Source: Catajapyx aquilonaris (taxonomy: Eukaryota). From it: 20,000 bases of DNA. Positions 11,666-20,000 of this stretch are shown one piece after another. Location of the stretch: positions 107,924 to 127,923 of the forward strand of contig KZ538106.1 of NCBI GenBank assembly GCA_000934665.2, in the 5' to 3' direction. The translations under genes and the position numbers were made by a program. The notes below the pieces were generated by a model that was not told where the DNA came from, searched no databases, and worked only from the letters and a program-made list of their open reading frames with translations. How positions within the stretch are numbered: position 1 is the stretch's first letter; each line of letters starts with the position of its first letter.

Positions 11666-11937
11666 TTGTTTATTAGGACTACGTCACTTCTTGGATGCTC
11701 AGGCAAAGAATCTGGTTCTCATGTTACACTTTCATGATTATAATATTCTGGTATATTGTATCCATCATTTCCTCAAATAAAGGGTGAAATAATTCAGTAA
11801 ATTTGCATTTCATATGCAGGACCACACTTGCTAGTGGTAACCCATACACTACACTCCTGTTACTCCTCAACACTTCTTTCTCGGGACAGTCAACAGCTTC
11901 ATTCAACACCCAGCAGTATGCTGCGTGCAACTCCTCC

Positions 11938-11977
11938 TATATAAAAAAAAATCCCAGCAACCTTTTACGCCCGCAGT
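11938..11977 (+). promoter_or_regulatory. Putative TATA box + CAGT initiator
   Basis: TATATAAAA at 11938-11946, CAGT at 11974-11977, ATG at 11982. Lies in the ~315-bp gap between divergent units. Confidence 0.35.
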
Positions 11978-11981
11978 CGAC

Positions 11982-14900
11982 ATGATTTCAGTAACAAAAT
12001 CTTGGCCATGTAGAGTGGTAGGCCTGGAAATGGCATATTTTGGAGTGGAAAAAAGGGGGATTTTCCTCCGGTGGAGAAAATGGCATTGTAAAAACTAGTG
12101 GAGAAAAGTCTGTGAGAGCACCCCCACCATCTACCTCCATCTCTCCTAAAATAGGAAGAAAGGAAGAGGAAGACAGACTGCTTGGCTCTGTCGGGGGAGG
12201 ACTAGGAATGCAGCTAATGGGACTTCCCCCCAACGCCCTCCGGATTAGCACACCACCAGCAAGCACCAGCCTCCGAAGCAACCTTTTCCTCTCCCTTTTG
12301 CCCAGACATATCGCCGCCAAGCCAACAACAACACCTAACCTCACGCTTTACCGACATCTCCTTCGCCCGTCACTACTTCCGCCGACTAATTGCCGACTAC
12401 AGAAACCGACATTGTTCCACAATAAACTTGGAGTGCTTCCTGTCGTTTGTCCCCCTGAACCAGGCGCATTGCCCACCTTCGACTTGGGGCAAACTTAGGA
12501 CAATGTTGCCCATCGCAGCCGACCGGAAATGTGAAGGAGTGGACCACTCTGTAGGCACTTCTCTTCTTACAAAAAGAAACCCCACCCTGGAGGGCCTTGC
12601 TGGCGTCAAGCTGTCTCTGGGCCAGACACCCCCAAGTACAAGGACACCCATCAGGGATTTTCTTCAGGGGGGAATGACGGATGGGAATTTTATTACCGAG
12701 TGTCTGGATATGTATCCCCTTACTGATTACAATATCAACTTGGGCGGTCCACCCTCATTTATTGGGTTTTAAAAAAAATGGGGGGATATAAAACGCGGGG
12801 TTTTTGATGATAAAAGAAGTAGGGGGAAATTTTTTCGTAACCGGAAATGGTCTGACCAAGGCCGGGCTCTGGTTAAGTCATTAAGAGTAACAGAAGTATT
12901 TCTGTTGTCGCAGGAGAAAAAAAGAGGAGAAAACAGGACGCATATCTCAATTGTCACCAGTGTATATCATGTCCCCCACTGGTTTGACCCTGCAGAAAAT
13001 CGGGTTTTGTCAATAATATTGGTGTATTATTGTAATTAAATGTTCCATAAATCCGAGCAGTGGTGTGAGGTCAGGGCAACATCGTACAGCTATCATCACA
13101 CACTAATGTGCCACTTCTTGCTAATTTTTTTGCGTACTTCTAGGAAGGGCTCGTTATAAAGCTGACATCCCCACACTGCTGGTGCACTCATTTCAACAGA
13201 CTGCTGGTCGACCCACTTTCCTGATATGCTCGCTATCTCACTTCTTGAATTTGTGGATTGTTCATCCCAGCAACATGCTCCGATTGCTTCCAAACTACTG
13301 CTAGGGTTTGCTTCTTTTCATTTGGAAACCTGTGTAATGCACCATCCTGTGCGTACCGGTACTCGTTCTGTATTTTTTTTAAACAATTAATAGGATATGC
13401 ATTATTTGAATAGCAATATATTGTAGAGTTTCCAGATCCATGTTCCCTCTAGCGGGACTGCCTGAAAGCGATTGAAAGTGCCTCCGTGTCCAATGTGGAC
13501 GGTTGAAGATACAACCGTTGGGGGCGCGCGGTCCAGCAGCCACGCAGCATCCGGCTGCCTTTTCCGCCACCTTCCCATCACGTCCTGAACTACTAGGCCA
13601 CAATAGCCCGCGACAATTGATTTTGCCCAACAATCGCTGGCTAATAAGACACACACCGGTCAACGAACCTGTCCGATCGGAATTTCCGCCAACTTATGAC
13701 TTCCAACGTTGTTTCATCAAACACGGTGCTAAATCAAGCCGAAAATGAACCCCCGGACTACCGGTTTTTGAAATGCAAACCGCTCCACTGTTTGATTGAG
13801 CAATCGATGCGAAATGTCAACGCCAGGTTGAATTCACAATTTTCCCGCCTGAATATATTTTCCCGGCTGCAGCATATATGGAAAATTTTATCCATTTTCC
13901 ACCCCGGAAATTTGATGAGATTGATAATTTTCAGTTCTTCCACCTCTTTGGCCTTCTCCATTCCAGCACAAGCTCATCCCAGCGGGAAGTCGGGGGGGTC
14001 GAGGGATGACTTGTGGTGCAACCCAATAACCCCCCATTCCCTTGCACCAATTCCCCTTGGGAAGTGGGAAAAAAGTCGTCCTCTTCCCGGAGCAACAACG
14101 TGGGTGGCATGCCGGTCGCCATCTTGAAGATAATGTTTTCCTTTTGAGCGCGAGGTTCGCTTACCATTGTCCCATATGAGGCCGCGGTCAACCATATGCA
14201 TACACAAATTTCAGCACGCTCAGTAGTCTGAAAGTGGGTTAGGTAACCCAGACATACAAACATACAGAGAAACTTTTCGATTTATACGGTACAGCCGATT
14301 ATGAATATGGCTCATTTGAATCTCCAAAAATGTCAGTTGGTAGAAATATGAGTGAGTTATGAGCATACATGTGTTGGTGATTGGCGCCAGGAGTCTGCGG
14401 TTCCTAAAAAAGGCTTTAAGGGAAACGGCAGTCAGCAGGAAAGGGGGACACAAAGGGAGCCCTTGCAGCACTGGTGCTTCTCTGCTGGCGGACCAAGGAG
14501 CCGTCTTTCCACGTGTATTTCCACAGGAAGGATATCGGAGCCAAGATGTGCAGCTTTGGATAAATAAGCAGCAGAAAGAAGGAGGAAGAAGACCTTATTC
14601 CCTCCATTTCTTCCTTCAGGCAACGTCAAGCCCTTTAATTCCTTCCAAACCGTTTTCTACGGAGACCACACACATATATCCGACATTGCTCACGTGGTTG
14701 TCACTGCCCAATCCAGAATTGAGATAAACATGGTGGACATGCTAAAGAGACGTTGAGAAGACTAATTGGATGTGGTCCAAGAGTGCAACGTCGGAAGGGC
14801 AGTAAAGTTGTCACGGATGGTTTATCATAGAGGACTTGATAGATGTCTTGGGAGGGTGGGGTGTGGGGTGTGGGGGATGATAATATAAATGGCCGTGTGA

Positions 14901-15323
14901 GCACCGGGTGTGTGCAGGTTGCGGTGAGGGAGTTTTTTGGCGGCCAGAGCATGAGGAGAGATCATCCGAGCCGAATTTTGGCGTCCGCTGGGGCTGCAGC
15001 GCCTGGGAATTCGGCAGCCACAAAAGCTCAGTCCAAATAAGCAAGTGCCCGATATGCACGCAGCCTTTGTGTCTGCTGCTTTCCTAGATGCCTATGCTCC
15101 CCTTTTATTGGCGCCCGTACCAACATGCACCCAACCTCACTTGCACCTGCTGCTTCGCTACAATGCTCTGCTGCTTGCAAACACATGTTGCAGACGGATT
15201 TAAATGGACAAGGCCTCTGCTGCAGTTCTGCCAGAGACTGACAATATGTGGAGGTTCGCTTCTACTTTTGGAGTCTATAAACGACGTCACTCACATTCTC
15301 TGGTTCAAATGTTGAATGAATAA
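11982..15323 (+). pseudogene. Degenerate multidomain gene: F-box, LRR, Ulp1/C48 peptidase-like, PHD, RING
   Basis: F-box: PCRVVGLEMAYF...CKN*WRKVCESTPTIYLHLS (12005-12145). LRR: CRLQKPTLFHNKLGVLP. Ulp1-like: LTDYNIN (12719), HW (12977-12982) and VYYCN*M (13022-13042) share one frame, then ADIP...STDC (13161-13204). PHD: TCVM...FPLAGLPESD*KC (13328-13481). RING: PCEHRVCAGC-x41-CPIC in one open frame (14893-15057). May be two adjacent genes. Confidence 0.55.
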
Positions 15324-15391
15324 CGTATTCCACAGCAGTTTTGAATGACGTCTACCTTCGCAGCCATTGTTATTTTTAACTTGCTTTAGTA

Positions 15392-16150
15392 ATGGCATGG
15401 CAATATCGTGGACCTACGTGTGAACTTTTAAAAACAAATTGCATAGTATACTTGCCAAACGTTTGAAAAGGATTCTGGTCTATCACTACCACTATATTTT
15501 CTTCTCATTGAATATTACAACAGAGCACGAGGACAGGAAATGAAAATCACTTTCCTACGTTTCAATTCACTGTTACATAATAACAACTGGCATATGAATA
15601 ATTGCACACTTTTTGAGGGATGATCTTGTAATACAGCAAATAATAGGCAGCGATGTGGTAAGACAATCTGGTAAGGTCGTAAGTTACACCTCGACTATAT
15701 AGGCATTCGACTTAAAGTTGTGTCACGGGGTAAAATAAAAAATAAAAAAATCACTGAATCAATCAATCAAAATATATAATTATAGGCAGCAGATTTTATC
15801 CAAACGTTTGCTAAAGCTTGCGAGTTCATAATTATTGGCAGTTATCGCCATATGGCAGTTCTCCGTTATAAAATCATTCTTCTACCATGGGAATAACGAA
15901 ATTTACGATATTACCGCAACTTCTAGTGAATATGCAGTGACTTACTTCAAAATATAATAAGAAAAAGTGAGAGTTTGGAAGTGCAAAGGTTTCGTTTTAA
16001 GAAGAATGTCATTGCAATTCAAAAAGAATTTTGCACGCGTTATTTAAGTCATATTATTTTGTGTCACACTCATCTTGGCCCAGATAAATGTCACGGCTGA
16101 ATATTCAACACGAATATGTTTTGATATAAGGACAAGGTGTGTCTTATCAT
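15392..16150 (+). pseudogene. Degenerate F-box/LRR gene
   Basis: NIVDL/CELLK/QI..YL then EHEDRK*KSLSYVSIHCYIITTGI* (F-box-like). LRR-like TI*AFDLKLCHGV, YPNVC*SLRVHNYWQLSPYG, NMQ*LTSKYIR and YLSHIILCHTHL follow. Confidence 0.55.
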
Positions 16151-16192
16151 TCTCGTGGAATAAATCCACCGATCAGAGAAGGTTACCACATG

Positions 16193-16249
16193 TCGTGTTT
16201 CGCCGATTCAGAAATACAAGTACAGTATTTCTGAATCGGCGAAACGCGA
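16193..16249. repeat. Inverted repeat: 25-bp stem, 7-nt loop
   Basis: TCGTGTTTCGCCGATTCAGAAATAC-aagtaca-GTATTTCTGAATCGGCGAAACGCGA; the single mismatch is a G:U pair in + strand RNA. Confidence 0.85.
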
Positions 16250-16702
16250 ACTATATCATTCATCAGCCTGAAGATCATGTTAAACACAGTGCCATATTAC
16301 AGTATTATTTGTAAAAGTAAATGTTGGGAAGTCATGTTCTCTTTATACTGGAGGCCTATGGTAATAGACCTACTTGATTAAGAATTCTCCTTTCCTTTTT
16401 CATTTGGAACACCCTGTTTAACTTACACACTCTCTGGCATGTCACATAAGAAAACTATTCAAACTGCAGGCTATAGAATAGAGATTAGTATGAAAACAAT
16501 GAACAAAGGTACTGTATCAAGCGTTATTTCCCCCATTGTGACGCTAATATATACCACATTCCAATTGTAATTACTATTACCACACTCTAATTTACAAGCA
16601 GCTATAACATAAGTGACTCAAGTTTCACTATGCCTTACCGTCTCTTTATTTTTAATTATAAATAGAGAAAATGAAAACGTGAGAAACGTCACGACACTTA
16701 TA

Positions 16703-17355
16703 TAATAAATAATAAATAAATCATACCCCGTTATCAGCCATCGGCTCTTTAGGGGGGAAGTTTGTTTTGTCTGGAACTCTTCACTGAAAAAACCGAAATG
16801 GTTACAGTATAACCAAAACTATTTGGTTGAGTGAGATTTGGTTGCTTTCACCAAAATCTTAGCTGAATTGAAAAAACAGAATTGGTTGAAGTATAACCAA
16901 AACATTTTGGTTGAAGGGTAAAGGGCCTATGCGATCGTTTCAACCAAAACCTTAGCTACTACAACCAAATGTACACCATGTCAACGAAAATTTTGGTTAC
17001 ATCAACCAAATATTTTTGTAGAACGACAACCAAATATTTTTGGTTACTTCAACCAAATTTTTAGCAGGTTCTATATTAACCTTCCGATTTGGTTGAATTA
17101 AACATGTTTTTGGTTTGTTCAACTATATATTTTTTTGAGTGTTTGCTTTTCATTTTACTGCGCTCTTTGGGATAGGATAGGGACGGATGGAAGCGGCTGT
17201 GGCCTATTAATTACGGAAGTAACTCCGGAATTTTCCTGGAAGGACCGTGGGAAACCACAGAAAACCACGGTCAGAGTTGCCGGCCCCGGGATTCGAACCC
17301 AGGACCTCCCGATTAGCAGTCGGACGCCTTATCCACTATGCCAACCTGCTTCGGT
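16703..17355 (-). mobile_element. tRNA-derived SINE (central domain resembles Talua-type invertebrate SINEs), interrupted by a MITE
   Basis: A box TGGCATAGTGG (17343-17333), B box GGTTCGAATCC (17299-17289), stem-loop tail and (TTTA/TTA) repeat at 16757-16703. Perfect 14-bp TSD TCACGACACTTATA at 16689-16702 and 17356-17369. Family resemblance is from memory. Confidence 0.9.
16782..17141. mobile_element. Non-autonomous CACT-ended DNA element (CACTA/EnSpm-like MITE)
   Basis: Termini CACTGAAAAAA ... TTTTTTGAGTG, 2-bp TSD TT on both sides, interior packed with AACCAAA/TTTGGTT short direct and inverted repeats. Confidence 0.75.
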
Positions 17356-17599
17356 TCACGACACTTATACAGAAACTATATGCATATACAGTTAAACGTG
17401 GCATTCGAAAATAATAAAGTAACAGTGAATTTTAGCTCAACACATCAAATAAATATATTATTATCATCAGCCGCAGTAGAGTAGTTTTCACATATTGTTC
17501 CACACCGCACTATACTGCACTGTATTGACATTTTAACAACAGGCACCACGTAAATCCACATAAGCTGCATAATAATTATGACTGCATGATGCTATGCCC

Positions 17600-18180
17600 T
17601 TATTGTTACTGTAATTTTCCCTGTGATGCGGATCTGTGTGTAAGATAATCTAACCAGTTCCAAATTCTATGAATTGAGTGGATTGACGTCAGGTTTTTCT
17701 CTGACGATGGTGTTTCCGCGGAAGGAAGAAAGGCCAAGAAATAATAAAAAAGAGGTTGAATGGCGCAGTCGAGTGAGGCGTCTGTTGCTGGAAAAAGAAG
17801 CGCACATCCGTCCAGCAGCAGAACACTGCAAAAATTTTAAAGCCAAGGAGGAGCTTCCGAAGGGAAATGACGTCACTGCACCTGACAACCGCCCGACGAC
17901 GGACATGAAGCAAATGCTGCCCTTACACTCATGCAGCACCAGCAGGACGAGGCTCTCTCTTTTTTTTACTTCACTCTTTTTCTCTCTCAGGTTGGCTTCT
18001 TCTCACAGACACATACGCAATGTTTCGTTCTCAGCACGAGCGAGGCGCCATCTTGCCAGCACGGGGTCCCTGCATGCATGACTGGGTTATTCTTCAAAGA
18101 GAATGGCCAGATGCAACATCCCTTTTTTTTGCACAATGAATCCATAATAATCATGCACATTAACAAGTTTTGTTTCACTT
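17600..18180 (-). pseudogene. Degenerate F-box/LRR gene
   Basis: CMIIMDSLCKK + (shift) MLHLAILFEE*PSHACRDPVL matches the second half of an F-box with a 'DPxLW'-type exit. LRR-like EEANLRE, LVLHEC, VISLRKLLLG and SVLLLDGCALL follow. Confidence 0.45.
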
Positions 18181-18279
18181 ACAGTGGTTATTGTGTCTAT
18201 AAACAGTGGAGAATCATACTCATTACTGTTTCTCAACAGCAATGAAATCAAATAAGTGAAGCAGAGAAAGCAAAACCTA

Positions 18280-18650
18280 GCGTGTACCGGTTATTTAATG
18301 TGCTTCAGAGCTACAAACATGTTTTCTTTCGTTGCAGAAATAAATACGGAACACTCGAGTTTACTAATAATACGAGTGATATATTCCATTACAATATATA
18401 GTCTAGATACTTATTATTCTACTGCAACCATCATGTCAGTAGACCGACGAAGTAAATTATTATCCAGTATAATTGGCATAATTATAGAAAATGCAGGCTA
18501 TCATGTTTCCTCATAAGTTAGAAAAAAATACTTAAGATGGGACACCCTTATGATTGAATGTATATAGGCCTACTGGAGAGCATATATCATAATGATGCAT
18601 ACAAAAGCAAAACATCCGGAGGAAGAACGTGCACTATATAGTCGGTAAAA
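18280..18650 (-). pseudogene. Degenerate F-box gene remnant
   Basis: DYIVHVLPPDVLL (18643-18605) ... SIIRVS is a strong F-box start; MFVALKHIK is LRR-like. Several stops. Confidence 0.45.
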
Positions 18651-18781
18651 ATAAGCAGCAGACGTGAAGTTCAAAATGGACCCCCTCACACTGCTTCTAA
18701 GCAGGCCTATGCCATAAAGTCAGACGCAGAAGTGTCTCGTGAAAAATAGTGCACATATAAATAGTGAGTGTAAAATACGTA

Positions 18782-19201
18782 CACTGTAGGCCCTACTCCT
18801 GGTTATCTGGGCTAATGACTGCACGGGTGTCGCCGGATAATCGGACAACACGGATAATAGGAAAACTGTCCTCTATAAACACCGTAAAACGAGCTATTCA
18901 CGTAGGTTTTAAATGAACGACTTTACTGTGACATACTGTATTTTGCTAGGGCGACACGGTGGCGGAGTGGTTAGTGTCACAGCCTTCCACCTCTAAGGTC
19001 CCGAGTTCGATCCCCGGGTCGGACGGAGGATACTTATGTGGATAGAGTTTCGATGGGTTCTCTCCGTGTTCACGTGGGTTTTCTCGGGGTTCTCCCGTTT
19101 CCTCCCACTATCGAAATCCATCACATTACAGGCAAATGATTAAAGTCGGATATTCAAGAGATGATCCCCTAAAAGGCCCAAGGGGCCTATCATGGGGTAT
19201 C

Positions 19202-19249
<48 letters not shown>

Positions 19250-19456
19250 TGTATTTTTCTTTCAATAAGATTAATCAAAATTAGAACAATTTCTGTAGAT
19301 TTTTAATTTGTCTTCTGAAAAATGTGTTATACTGTATAATTATGTATTTGCGAGAAAAAATGACATTTTTTCGGACTTTTCCGCTTTGTTTTGGCCATGC
19401 ACGGATAATCCGAAACACGAATAATAATCCGCACCCGGATAATCGTGAGTACAATG
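18782..19456. mobile_element. pogo/Tigger-like MITE hosting a SINE
   Basis: Imperfect TIRs CACTGTA[GGCCCTA]CTCCTGGTTATCTGGG vs CATTGTACTCACGATTATCCGGG (reverse complement of right end), 18/23 identical after removing a 7-bp insert. TA on both flanks; repeated subterminal CGGATAAT motifs. Confidence 0.7.
18949..19247 (+). mobile_element. tRNA-derived SINE with V-SINE-like central domain
   Basis: A box TGGCGGAGTGG (18960-18970), B box GAGTTCGATCC (19003-19013), core GTGGGTTTTCTCGGGGTTCTCCCGTTTCCTCCCAC like the V-domain, stem-loop tail and (ATT)15. TSD TACTGTATTTTGCT (18934-18947) / TACTGTATTTTTCT (19247-19260), one mismatch. Confidence 0.9.
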
Positions 19457-19639
19457 TAGTACTAATGGCGAGAACAAGAGGAATCCACGCATGTTATTAT
19501 GATAAAACGTCAGATGTTGCTACCGGAACTGTGTTAAAAATTAGATATACATATGCAAGTTTTTAAAATCTGTATACAAAATCATCCGTTACGAGGCCTA
19601 TACTTCAGCCAGAATTCAACATATTTGCTAATACCAGAG

Positions 19640-20000
19640 AGATTCAGTGCGCCGTTTAGCCATTCTTTACTATATATTATACCGCCTTGATTTATCGTAC
19701 AGCCTCTACAAAACTGTAGTCTGTAGAATTAGGATGCTGCAATTGTTATGTCGCAGAAAGCAGTACAACTTACTGCAACTCCTTCACTATATATCTTCTC
19801 CAAGTCCTTTCTTGTTGGGTGAATGTTATGCAAGTATGCACAGACATTCCGTATTGTTCATGCTCAGTGGCCACTCTGATCCTGGATGAACCCCCTGAAA
19901 GGCCGGCGACTCTACGTCTAGAAGATGTCGACCTTTGACATCGGCGATGTCTATCCTGACAAGTATGGATACCTCCGTACATTCCTGCGTTGCTGGTTGC
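19640..20000 (+). pseudogene. Degenerate F-box/LRR gene, runs off window
   Basis: FSAP/LAILYYILYRLDLSYSLYKTVVCRIRMLQLL fits the F-box consensus LPxEILxxILxxLD...VCR. Downstream MLCKYAQTFRIV and SVATLILDE...ATLRLEDVDL are LRR-like. Confidence 0.5.

Noticed and set aside
16193..16300. Hammerhead ribozyme or Penelope-type end (CTGA, GAAAC words)
   Set aside because: The CUGANGA...GAAA core with the required helices cannot be assembled in the right order.
16790..17130. CRISPR-like repeat array
   Set aside because: Repeats are short, irregular and in both orientations inside a TIR/TSD-bounded element in eukaryotic DNA; no cas genes.
17270..17355. tRNA genes (here and at 18949-19025)
   Set aside because: A/B boxes continue into SINE bodies, tails and TSDs; these are SINE heads without a full cloverleaf.
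17674..18245. + strand ORFs, splice acceptor at 17990, and RING/IAP-like Cys patterns
   Set aside because: Cys/His spacing is incomplete; the polypyrimidine tract is the complement of a purine-rich stretch; the minus-strand F-box/LRR reading explains the region better.
19880..20000. CRAL-TRIO-like reading (GRRLYV.KMSTFD)
   Set aside because: Too short and weak; the upstream F-box and LRR-like frame is more consistent with the context.

Overview
Eukaryotic (invertebrate animal, probably arthropod) genomic DNA with no intact long ORF; the supplied ORFs are fragments or antisense shadows. Hand translation across stops and frameshifts suggests most of the 20 kb is a dense cluster of about 16 decayed, compact, apparently intronless F-box and/or leucine-rich-repeat (FBXL/AMN1-like) gene remnants on both strands, about one per 1.3 kb. 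One large unit (~11982-15323, +) appears to join F-box and LRR to a Ulp1/C48 SUMO-protease-like domain, a PHD finger and a RING finger. The layout suggests a dead ubiquitin/SUMO-manipulation gene array, either cargo of a giant transposon or endogenous large DNA virus, or an unusual host expansion. No transposase or viral core gene is visible. Younger, well-preserved elements sit in the array: a loop-less palindromic Tc1/mariner-type MITE, a tRNA-SINE (14-bp TSD) split by a CACT-ended MITE, and a V-domain-like SINE nested in a pogo/Tigger-like MITE. Repeat and TE calls are read directly from the sequence. All protein-domain calls are by-eye motif matches with approximate boundaries and need profile-HMM confirmation.
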